From assembly GCA_043228905.1 (NCBI GenBank), contig JBHGNT010000007.1:1426001-1490000 (forward strand): 64,000 nt of DNA. Direction: 5' to 3'. The translations under genes and the position numbers were made by a program. This stretch comes from Azolla caroliniana. Taxonomy: Eukaryota; Plantae; Polypodiophyta. Positions 1 to 11,813 of the stretch are shown piece after piece (within the stretch, counting starts at the first letter, position 1; each line of letters starts with the position of its first letter). Below the pieces are notes generated by a model. The model made no database searches, was not told the DNA's origin, and saw nothing but the letters and a program-made list of their open reading frames with translations.

Positions 1-486
1 GAACCAAATCAATTGTGAAACTGTAAATGGTTTAGTTTAAGCCATTATCAAGTAAATGGCTTAATGACGTAAGTGTTTGGGGAACATTGTTTAAATATTG
101 ATTTAATATATAAATTAACTTTACAAATTATGTAATTTGTAGTATTATTTATGAAGTTTTAATGTTCAACCCTAACCTTTCTTTTAAGTTCTAGTTTTCT
201 TTTGAGTTTTAAAAAATGACACTTTCTTGAGAAGTTGAGTATACAATTGTCAATGATTTGCTTTGTGCTGAAATCGAACCATGAAATTGTGGCTTAACAA
301 CTTATGGTTTGTGGATAGCTTGAATTGTCTTGTTTGGTTAGAACAATTTCGCTTTAAACAAATTATTTGGTTTTAACGTTTCACTATTCAATTTGGTTTG
401 ATTAATCAAGTTTCAAAACCTCTAAACATTTTGGTATAAAATGGTTGGAGTTTGAGGCTCCCAAACCAAACCGTTGTTGATAACTA
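1..486. mobile_element. Degenerate non-autonomous hAT/MITE right part, running off the left window edge
   Basis: GGTTT/AAACC-rich, ending CCAAACCAAACCGTTGTTGATAACTA. The reverse complement TAGTTATCAACAACGGTTTGG resembles the terminus at 1116 and the hAT TIR. Confidence 0.55.
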
Positions 487-1115
487 CTCATGTATGATAT
501 GTGTGTGTGGGACCCAAGCGGCCCGATCTGGACACAAATAGAGTGTTTGGACTATATAAAGCGAAGCATCCACCCCACAAGAGATAGTCCATATTGAATT
601 GGTGGCATCCCCCATGATGATAGAACCATTATTCCACGGAGTGAAACTTATCACTAGTATTCAAACCATGCCAACTCAAAGAATTACATATAAGGCATTT
701 GACGCATTGAAGCAAATGTTCACAACAAAACATGCACAAGAATCATGGTACTCATAGGTGAGGAAGTGGTTCAATAATAATGGCCTTGACATTGAGGTTG
801 TACTACATTTCCAATATAATTTGTGTGCCCCTCCAATATTCTAAATTTAAACATCAAGGTATTGCAGTAAGATTTACGGCAACTCTTTACTCCAAAGTCT
901 AAGTTCGCTCACACTAAGAGAACCACTTCCTCGAAAGGTGACCTATATAAAGATAATTTTCATGAACTTTTCAAACTTGGATGAATTCATATATAGAGAC
1001 TAAGGTGCATGGACTTCTACATGGCCCATCTTCAAAACTCTCCCTTAGTAAAGAGGGGTATGTAGTTATGTTCCTCAAACTAAAAGGGTGCCTACTCATA
1101 TAATATGTCCTCACC

Positions 1116-1245
1116 TAACAATCGGCAACGGTTTGGTTTGGACCGAACCAAACCGCAAAATCGTGACTTAATGGCTTAACAGTTTAAACGGTTCGGTTCA
1201 ATTCAAGTTCGGGTTTTTTTTAACGGTTCGGTTCGGTTTCATGAT
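1116..1245 (+). mobile_element. hAT-like terminal fragment
   Basis: TAACAATCGGCAACGGTTTGGTTTGGACCGAACCAAACCG...TGGCTTAACAGTTT...CGGTTCGGTTCGG parallels 9966-10110 of the intact hAT. Confidence 0.65.
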
Positions 1246-1289
1246 TTCTTCAAAGGGTGTTAAATTCATACAAAGAACAAGATACATGG

Positions 1290-1620
1290 ACATATATATG
1301 GCCCATAGTGCTCACTAAGCAATTGGCCAACTCAGAGTTTCCTCCCACCAACTAGAGCTTAAAGGTCAAACAAGCACTTCACAAATCTAGAGATAAAAGA
1401 TTTTGTAAATTATGTGAAGGAGAGCTCAAATGTGAATAACACTTTGTGAATAGATGCTTCACTTTAAATCACGTCAAAGAGAAGTATGCCACCTTCTATG
1501 AAATGAACCGTCACAATTAAACAAAAGATAGAGAATGATCCACAGCAATTTGGCCAAATCATGCTTGAGCTTGGAAATAATTGGGAATCAAAATTTAATA
1601 GTATGCCTAATGCAGCAATA
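1290..1620 (+). mobile_element. Decayed RTEX-like LINE ORF2 3' fragment
   Basis: With frameshifts it reads AIGQLRVSSH-LEL...RDKRFCKLCEGE..CE*HFVNRC, the same motif as AIGQRRISSHQLEIENGR...CRLC at 32239-32433. Confidence 0.65.
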
Positions 1621-1916
1621 ATGTATACCATTGACTTATTCCATAGTTGCCTACCTCCAATAACAATATGCCTAAGTCACTATAGATCAAGGCCCAATTT
1701 TCACCAAATCATGGAGATCATTGTTTGCCATCTCCAATCTATGATAAATTCACTTTTTAAAGTTCATCCTCTCTCTCTCTCTTTAATTGTAATTAGCTTA
1801 CCCTAGTGGTAAGTTGTTAGAATACTAGCCTCAAATAGTGTGGGGTTTGAGGCCCATTTTTTCACCTCTTTATTAGTCCATAATAACATATCCTCTTAAT
1901 TTACTAAATGCCACTA

Positions 1917-2079
1917 TGGAATGTGATGGGTTGAACGCATGACCTTTAGGTCTCCATTGGACAATATTACCAACTGACCTACATCCATATTACCTTTTCT
2001 CCTTGGGACTACGAAATGTAAGGGTTGAACCCATGACCTTCTAATCTCCATTGGACAATCTTACCCATTGCATTACATC
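1917..2079 (-). mobile_element. Two tandem tRNA-derived (SINE-head-like) sequences
   Basis: Minus strand GGATGTAGGTCAGTTGGTAA...AGGTCATGCGTTCAACCCATCACATTCCA (1986-1917) and a second copy at 2079-2012. A-box and B-box-like motifs are present. The anticodon arm does not pair, so these are not functional tRNAs. Confidence 0.55.
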
Positions 2080-3012
2080 TGCTCTCTCTCTCCCTCTAAC
2101 ACGTGTAAAGATGATATGAAGCTCCATCTTGTGAATATCTCCCACTGTTTTTTGGTACTATTTATATTGCTTGTGGGAAACCACAATGTGAAGTGAAAAC
2201 CCACAAAATAAAGAGTTCTTCAGTGTCATTTACACAACAAAGTGTTTAGATGAATTGAACATGCATGTATAAAAAGAACGTATAGTCGTTTTGCAAAGAG
2301 TCCTAAAGATATCGACAATGAGATATAACTTGAGGATATGTGCAAGAAGTGGAAGATGCATAAGAAACTTCGCACTATGCAATGATTCTTCCAAGTTAAA
2401 AGAAAAATATTGCATGATCCAGTTCCTTCAATCCAAATTGAGCAATGACCCGAACCAACTAAGCTAATGAAAGACAAGAGAACAGCATGAGTACCACACT
2501 CACTAAGTGTAGATTAAAGAGGTGAGGGAGCAAGCCAAGGAAGATCGATGAGTAATGTATGTACAACACTACCATGAACTAAATGCCATTCATTTGCTTG
2601 GCTTACCGCATGAGCAACTTCATCCTCTATTTTCAGTTAAAGATACTCATAAATTTAGGTTTCACACGTTTCCCACATAGAATTCTGTGTTTTCAAGCAT
2701 GATTCACGTCAATGGATGAGCTTAACTTTCAATCACGTCAATGGATCTGTTGAAGCGCATACAAAGTATCAAGGTTGGCATGTTATAAGGGAGAAAGAAA
2801 TGAAAACCTAAGCACAAGTTGGCTTCTCGAGTGATTAATTCCTATGATGGCTGAGATAAATTTCAATTGCAAAAGAATATAGGACAACTGAGCTTCAACA
2901 AATACCGTGCACATCAAACAAGAAGATTTGAGATCATCGGAAATGTGTCAAAAAAAATCAAAATTAAATGTGAACGTCTCTCCGTGATACAAGATTTTTT
3001 TACATTACACGG

Positions 3013-6000
3013 TCAAGTTCTCGAACTCGGTGGCTTAATGCAAACTAGATCCTCAAGTTTGTTGCCATCCAATTTGTACAACCGAGTACCTTTCAAAGCC
3101 GCATGATGCTCTTGTGCTTGTCGTCGCAAGTCTTTGATATTTAGGATCTCCCATCGACTATAATTTGAGTTCTTCCTTAAGAGACTCATATCCATAGCAC
3201 CAGAGATCATGGATTTCCTTTCATTTTTCGCATATGCCCAAACTTTGCAAGCACTGAAAGGACCAACATTATTTGGATTTCTAGAAGCTTCTCTTTTAAT
3301 ACCATAAGCTGCCTCATATGCATCGTGAATGATTTCCCTGTCAGGTACAACATCCCACCTTTGCTTTCTTTCTTCTCGTGCAGGTGAATGGATCCGGATT
3401 ACCTACAATTACAAAATGAAAACAATCCATCATATTTTCATAAACATTTTAGCATTGCCATGAAAACCATGTATAAAAAGGCTCTGTGCTGCTCACTCCA
3501 AGGCATTCGAGTAGTTGATAATATGCCCGTCCTTGTAATGGATTATGACCCTTTCGAGGAGTCGAAAAATAGCGGGTCCTGTGATCAATTTACACACATA
3601 TTAAGGATGATAAGTGAGTACATTCATTACAGAAGAAGCCCAAATCTTGGAAGATAATTCTAAATTTGATGGATCCACATCTCGAGATATGCAAGGGTAG
3701 TAGAATGGACCCCACTTGAGTGAGGGGAGCAGTGTGATAATAAGCAAGAGAGGGCAAGAGTAAGAAATATTAGAATTGTCTAATACTATATTCTCTAAAG
3801 GAAAAAATAAAGCTAGTGGAGAAAGATACGCATGTAATCAAATCGCCTCTAGGTGAAGCTCTACTCTTTTATGAGGAGTTTGCATCTTTGCTAGATGGTC
3901 TCATGCTGCCCTGCCCATACACACCTCTTATGACATGGTTCACATGCACATCTTATTTGCTAACAAATCTTTGCACAGTTATAATTATGTCCTCCAGCCA
4001 CATTTTTACAGTTAGATGTACAAAAGAGAGTAATAGAGAGAGAGAGAGATACCATTCAGTATACCCAGGATCCACAGTGAAACCATATATGTCCACCTGA
4101 TCACACATAGACAATGCAAGTTCTATGGACTTCACCCCTGTACCCTTTGCTCCTCGTCGGAACACAATGCCTTGAAATAAGTAAACTGGGTTAGGAAGCT
4201 CCTGTTATGAAAAGCAACAAGACAGGTTTATTCCTTATTCATTTGAGTATGGTGACAACATTAACATATATTCCTATATTAGTCACTAGTTTAACTATTA
4301 AAAGCATGATATAGAATCATAAACGTTCACATCCTAAACCAGGTGAGCCCAATCCCCAATAGTTGAAGAATTGGAAATATGTTACTGCCACTAACTCATA
4401 AAAGCAAAACCAGAAACAATCTCTTCTGACATGGGAAGCTAACCATACCTTAATCATCTTATTAAAATCTCTGTGAATCAAACTCTTGATGATCAGAACT
4501 TCATCAACTGCAAAAGTCAATGAAGGGAAGTTGTCAAGGAAAAATTACAAAAGATGTCCAAATGTTTTTCACAAGATAGCCCAGAAACCAACATATGTAC
4601 ATTAATATTAAGCAGTGTAATAATGATAGATTCTCTAAGTTAAGGTGTGATCAAAAACTAAAAAGCACGCAGAAAAGTCAAATAAACAGAAACATACAGG
4701 TGCACGCATTTAAAATATCAATGATTGAATATTCCACATACAAAGTAGACAACGTTCGTGTTTTCCATGCTAGGATGGGCAAAGTGGAAAAGTACTATCA
4801 TTAGATTCACGAAAGGACATCAATTCATTTACAAAGTTATAATAATTTTCATGAAACAGAATGTTATAAAGAAGCAATCAATGCAACAACCTATTTAAGA
4901 ACACGAATCATGCAATAAGCCTCTTAGGCATGATACCATCATGTGATACCATAAATAAGTTAATGTGATCATAGGTCCTTTAGGAGTAACCTAACGAGCA
5001 AATGTTGTAAGTACCTCTCAAATGTTTCAGTCCAACAATGACATCGGCATTGGTACCAAGGAAGCAATCTAGGTGCAAGAGGAAATGCTAATAGAATATA
5101 TAGCCGTGTGGCCACACTGTTGTGAAAAAGGCCAATACCTTGTAAAATACTATAAAGGTTTTTTGTGCCCTTTCAGTCTCTTTCCCCTTCTTAAGACTTA
5201 AGCTAGAGCTTTTAGTTCTCTCTTCCTCTCCCACCTCTTGTTTTAATGAGATTAGCATTAAGCGCTTTACTGTAAGCATTACACTGATCTTCTTATACGT
5301 GATTCTGGTTTATCTTAACTAATCGAAAAGTGGGTTTGCTTACTTGCCTGTGCTTTTGTGTGTCGTTGAGCCACATTGTGGCACTAGTTAGCCTCTTAGT
5401 TATAATAAATATTTATGAGGAAAGAAAGAGCTCGCTTTAGGTCATAATATACGAGTGTTAAAAGCTCAAGAGTGCTTGATGATCACTCTTGCCCATGTCA
5501 CCAAATAAAGGGTAAGCAACGATTTGACCCTGACACACAACCTCGGTAAGGAGATAGAACTCCGACCAAGAGAAAGACGTGCACTCTGTGCAACACACCT
5601 AGAAGCGACACAAATGTAGGGTAGATTATTGCCAAATGGGGATATTTCTATAGCTTCCAATGCAAAAAAAATCTTCGAGGAAACAAAGAATTTGAAGTCA
5701 ATGTGATTCTCGACTCAAAGAGATATTTAGGAAAACTCTTCATAGGATAATGTTACGCATCAAACTCAATCAAATTGAGGGAGTTCAAAAACGAAATATA
5801 CAATATCCTTAACTTTGAACCCTTATTTGTTTGCAAAATATTGTCTCCTAGAGTCTACCAGAATACACATTCAAGCTGAAAAGAAAAGTAAATTAGTACC
5901 AGCTCCCTGAACAACTGCCTTCATATTTCTAGCTACTCCTCTAGCTATAATCCGGAAGTCCCTTTTCAAACCAACATGCTTGGCATATTTCTGCACTTAA

Positions 6001-9000
6001 ATGTATAGCTTTAAAACATGGCATAATCATATAGTTAGTTTACAGGAAATCCTTCATTAGTTACTTAATGTAAGTTAAAATGCAAGCCTTTTCGGGATTG
6101 AGGATTACTTCATTCACAGGAGCTTCATTATCACGTATTACAGCATCATGCTCATCAATCTCTTTTCCAAATTCGGTCTTCAACAAATCCCCTGAGTTCC
6201 CAACCACTGCACAAGTGCGGAACTGACGCGGCCAAAATGGCGGCTTTGAAGGGAGAACTAATTGCAGCTCTTCCTCACACTTTGACATGTTGTAACACTT
6301 ATCTGACCCCCTGCAAGTTTATTGAGTTAGACCTTAGACACACTAAGCTTTCCTCTTGTATAACAAAGAAATATAAAACAGAATCAATGTTTAATACTGC
6401 ATACAGCTGAGATATTCTTTGTGCAGCATATTTAAGCCAGCCATCTGGACGCGCATCCAGATATTCTCGTGTCAAAATTGTTGTGACATTACGATACTGT
6501 CAATACAAATCAGCTAATGATCATGCAAATTTGTAACAAGAAATGAGCAAGACGCAGATGAAAAATCATTTCCCCAGTTATCATGGTATATTCAATGCAC
6601 TAGATTTTGCATGACAATCTAGAAATGACCAACTTGCAACTGAAATTCATGCATATCTGAATGAAAATGTTTTATTAGATACAACTGATCAATACCATAC
6701 CTGCTCCCAAAGCAGAAGTGATTCACAAACATCAAACCGATATTCTAGTGGCTCGTACATCTTGAATTGTTGATTGAACTGCATATTTGAAATAAAAGTC
6801 AAGATAAATACCAAAGCATAACAAAGTTTTTCCAAAGAGAAGCCAGATGTGCCAAAAGACTCTTACCCAAGAGCTGTTTGTATCTTCTGGATATTTCAGG
6901 ACCATTTCACATTCATTGATAGAGTACGCAGTCAATCCCAGACCATTTGTTTCCTGGAATCCAAGGAAGTCGTATGAATTCATTCTGCATAAGTCGATAA
7001 TATCTCTAAATTATAAAATATAAATTTTCACACACATACAATTGATGTGTCTATCATAAACATATATCGTGTAAGAAAATTGTACTGCTCAAGGTGGGAA
7101 TTCATTCCAAAAATATACACTGTATCTTAACCACAGAATTGGTATCTCCTTGATCCTCTCCAAAAAAGGATTGTGTTTCAAGGTTTCAGGAGATAAAAGC
7201 ATTCTGGTTAATTTGAATATCTTAAGAGGGAAAGCAAGACTGAAATCATAATAAACTGATCATGCATTCCATACATGTGCAGCTAGTATGAATACAGTGC
7301 TAGTAACAGGATTCCATCAAATTACCATGTGTGAATCAACCTAGGATGTTCTACAGTTTGAAATCACTCTAAAATGCTTTTCTTTTATACTGAACCAGAA
7401 AACGATGAAGGAATTCTGCATGATGGACTCATATACAGTTCTTCCATTTACTTGTTGCTACAACCAGCCACAATTACATGAACTGGTTCAATTCATTCAT
7501 AAGGTGCTGCTACATGTAATTTTTAACATCTTCCAGACTGTCCTGAACCTTTGGAATATTGCTAAATCAGTGCTTTAATTTATTTTTTTGTTTCATATGC
7601 CATAACAAGGCTAATCAGTTCCTCTCCATTTTGTTTCCATATCTATCCTTCACCCCATACTGAGATTCTTCCTCTCGTGTATTGTTTCTACACCAGTTGG
7701 TCTATATGAAATAGATTGAAATGCAAAATTAGGCTCAATCCATAAGATTTCCAATACATTCTTGCAACGTTTAGGTAAGGAAACAAACAAGCTTACAAGT
7801 TGAATAATAAAAAGAAGAAGATGCAGTATTATAACTGTTCGATAAATATTCAGTTACTTGATCAAATGTAACAAATTCAAATAAATTTCATCAAAATGTA
7901 AAAATTCATTATCCCTTAGAATCAAGACGAAATTTAGATTTTGAGGCCTATTATTGTTGACTGTTGTTCAAGACTACAAGATATTTCTTTTCTCTCTATT
8001 TTGATTGCAGCAAAAAGAGAGAAAAAAAGGGTGAGACGGAAACTTCCAGAAAACATATAGAGAGAAATAAAAAACGTGTTTGACAATTATGAGGTCATCA
8101 TTGTCTTGAACTTGCCGATTACATGCCTGTGATTGAGTGAATAAATGAAAAAGGAGAAAGATTCTCCTGGGCAGTAGCTTCAGAGGATATGGTTCATGGA
8201 TATCTTCTTCATGCATATGGGTAGACCTACTTCTACCACATGTGGATCCTGACACATCTGGACATTTATTTCAGCCCTTTCGTACATTCATGCTCAGATG
8301 AATGCTGATGATCCTTGGCTGGGATTATCCCACGTACGTGATTTGCATGGCTGAATCCATCGCTTAAGCGCAACTTATTTTATGGACTTGTTCCTGCTCA
8401 TTCCTGGTGAATTCTTGATGTAAACAATGTTTTTCAATGACCATATGGGGTGTATCTCCCTGTCCTTCTTAGATGAATTGAGTTCTCTTGCCAGAGAAAG
8501 CATCATCTCCATAGAGGAATGAATCTCCCCAGATACCCACAACTTTTTTACATTCTGAATTAACAAAAAACAATCGTCTTTTCCTTTTCCATCATTTTCT
8601 GAATTTCACAAAATATTTGGGATGGTCAGTGTGTTTCTTTTCCAAACAAAACCTCAACCCTATCACACTATCCTGTAAAGCCAGCATCTATACCTTATGT
8701 ATTAAGAAGAAGAAACTGGATAATTTGATTCTCCTCAAGATCGTATGGTTAACCATTCAACTGCCAAGCAGCTACATGGTGTAGATTTATTTCAATTGAA
8801 TACTTACAGAGCCTGCTAAACTGGTGCTGTGTTTATAATTGATAGTTTTTGGAGTAAACGCAAAAGGCAAGAAAGTTCGTTCTATATGGATCATTACTAG
8901 GTTTTAGCACAAGGATAAAGCGGGTTATTTCTTCTGAATTAATCTACTCTAAAGCTCCTAATGTTGAACACATTCAGGAAACTTCCTCTTATTGAGAAAA

Positions 9001-9742
9001 TGTCTAGAAATCCATTTGAATGAATTGATGACCAGATAAACAAGTGCATGTTTTGAATATCTATATCCCAACATCCATCCCTTTTGATTGAAAGTGTCTT
9101 TCCTTTTTCTATTTCGAGTGATCTCTTCCGTTTATTGTATTCTTTATTCATAGGATCGCTCCGTTTTGACAGTTTTATAGTTCATATTTTTTCACAGTTT
9201 AATTGGCTAGTTTTTCACAATCTAATTGTCTATATTTTCTTCGTAAAATAAGTCCCTTTAAGGTATACATTCTTTTCACCATTTCATTTTTCTATTAGTT
9301 TTACAAAATCCTACCTTTTGTTCGTTTTCATAGAATGACTACTCTTGGTGATCTATTTCATTCTTCTTAACTCTGATGCTTTTCAAATCAAACGAAAACA
9401 AAAAATAGAATAGAAGTGAGGGTTTTATTTTGTTACCACACATTGCTGTACGTGTTGGTTAAATCTCTTCAGATTCTTCATATGTTTCTCCACATCTGCA
9501 CTCTTGAGACCTGTCGTAGCGAAAAAGAAAGAAAGAAAAAAGAAAAAAGCAAAGAAAGAAAGAAAGAAATAGCAGGTCTAAGAAGCGAAAGCAAAGGGGG
9601 AAATCAAGAGCTTTAGCAGAAGAAGGAGCAGAAACAAACCGTGAGGGAAGAGGAGCCATTGAGCGCATAGCAAGGAGAGAGCGAGCAGAAGGGCCCAAAA
9701 AGATACAAGGAGAATAGAGCGATGGTGCAGGAGCTTCTTCAT
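3013..9742 (-). CDS. SIA1: Sialyltransferase-like protein, CAZy GT29, SIA1/MGP2 type; 11 coding exons, 468 aa
   Basis: Exons read by hand with GT-AG ends and continuous frame: 9742-9640, 9510-9437, 6953-6867, 6778-6701, 6496-6405, 6310-6109, 5990-5900, 4507-4449, 4201-4053, 3578-3497, 3402-3013 (1407 nt). N-terminal TM anchor ([23 protein letters not shown]), sialylmotif L ([32 protein letters not shown]), motif S region ([23 protein letters not shown]), [27 protein letters not shown] and C-terminal [13 protein letters not shown] match Arabidopsis SIA1/MGP2 as recalled, rather than SIA2. Confidence 0.93.
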
Positions 9743-11109
9743 GCTCGATGGATCTCTAGCGGGATGTCTCTGTCGCTGTCTCTGTCGCTGAGTGACACAT
9801 GAGCTTCAGTGAAGTAAGCGAGTGAAGTGAAAAATGACAGTATAAGATTTACCATAATTCCCAAAATGCCCCTGCAGAACTGGCGGCTTCATTTTGGTAT
9901 AATTCCCAGAATGCCCCTCTTTACTTTTACCATAATTCCAAAAATTCCCCTGAAGAACTGGCGGCTAGCAATGGGCACGGTTTCGGCTCAAACCGAACCG
10001 AACCGTTAAACCGTGGCTTAACGGTTTATCGGTTCAAAATTAAATAATGAGTTTGGTTTGGTTTAAAGAATGAAAGTTCGGTTTGGTTTCGGTTCGGTTC
10101 GGTTTAACATTTATCGGTTTATCGGTTTTATCGGTTTAACGGTTTCTATTAATTTGGTTCGGTTTATAGGTTTATAGGTTCTTACCCTAGCCCTAAATTT
10201 TCAATTTTATAAATTATACCCTTCCTAAATTTTCTATTTTATAAATTATACCCTTCTTATTTTTACTATGGACCTAATACTAGTTAGTAGTAGTAAGTAC
10301 ATACTACATACTACAAACTATAGGGTATGATACAGACAGTCTACAGACACAACTATCGAACAGACACACTGTGTATCTACTGTTAACTACAGACAGACAC
10401 AATTATCGAACAGAAACACAGGCGGCATTGTGCAGGCTGAGGCGGCAACCACCAATCACCACTTCATTGCTCTTCAGACTCCAAACTCTCCATAACACAG
10501 GTATGAATCATGATCCATAACACAGGCTGAGACACTCCAAACTTTTTTTATAGATGTGTGGTTTGCATATATGAGAATATGGGTATGTGAGTTAACGTGT
10601 GTGCATACATGTGAGAGAAGAGAGATTTGTATGTAAGCAAATATGAGATCAATACGAGTATGTGAGTTTATGCTCGATTGAATAATCAGTAATATATGTA
10701 TATGTATACAGTATGTGTTTGTGAGCGAGTATCTTGAACTGGTATAATGTTTAAATCTATACTGGACTCCTGCAACTATGTTCTCTTTCGAATACTTGTT
10801 GCTTATCTCGAATAGCTTCAACTATGTTCTCTTTCGATATTTCTGTGATCTGTTTTGACATGATCTTAATGTACACCAATGCTCGTTAGATTTTCATTGA
10901 AAGGAATAATATTTCTTGGAGTTCTCAGTCCACGCTATCTGACTGAAGGAGTATCAATTGTATATGCTGAAATTAGAACACCTGCAAATACACCTGCAAG
11001 AACATAACTAACTTAGAAAGACTGTATCATTATATTATAAAGTACTGAAAGTCTTCACCATTCATATCAAACATTGATGTTCATTGCTCATTTTCTGAGC
11101 CATTAAGAT

Positions 11110-11660
11110 TGCATGTTTATTGTTTATTTTCTGGGTGGAGTAAACATAGATGATCATTATTTATCTTCAGAGTAGAGTAAATATGGTTATCCACTGTTTA
11201 TCTGGTTATTGATGTTAACATAAATGCACATTCTATATTTTGTGAGTAGAAAAACATGGATATCGAGTATTTATGTGGTGAATGGAGCATTTTAAACATG
11301 GACGTCCATTGTTTATTTTGTGAGCAGAGTAAACAATAACATCTATTATTTACCTTATGAGCATTGGGGGCATGAGTGTCAGTTGTTTATCCTGTCAGAA
11401 AATATGGATGTCCATGGATTATCCTGTTAATGAGAGTAAACATGGGTATCCATTGTTTATTTAATGATTGGAGTAAAGTAAACATGGATGTCCAATTTAT
11501 CTGGTGATTAAGGTAAACATGGGTGCGCGGTCATGGGTTAACTTGACAACTTGGATTTGCATCGTTTATCTTGTGAGTAGAGTAAACGGTGGTGTCCATT
11601 GTTTATCTGGTTAGTGAAGTTAACACGAATGTTTTATTGAGTGATTAGAGTAATGGGCAT
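11110..11660. repeat. Degenerate tandem array (~35-40 bp unit) in the putative 5'UTR intron of the hAT transposase
   Basis: Recurring GAGTAAACATGGRTRTCCATTGTTTATC-like units, more than ten degenerate copies. Confidence 0.75.
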
Positions 11661-11813
11661 GTCTATCTTTCTATGTTTGCCATTGGACATAATGGTCGTT
11701 TTACTGTTCTTAGCTAACTTAGCAAACTTTCTACTTCATTTATTTTTCTCATTATAATGTACATATTTGAAATGTGCTAATTGAGTTAATTGAATTTTAT
11801 AGGACACCATAAA

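Noticed and set aside
1917-1986. Functional tRNA gene
   Set aside because: The anticodon and T arms do not pair properly and the B box is degenerate; treated as SINE-like.
4040-4052. U12-type intron in SIA1 (donor GTATCT)
   Set aside because: Does not match GTATCCTT and no U12 branch consensus was evident.
5040-5660. LTR-like insertion in SIA1 intron 7
   Set aside because: A TATA-like motif and a pyrimidine tract are present, but no TG...CA ends, TSD, PBS or PPT could be defined.
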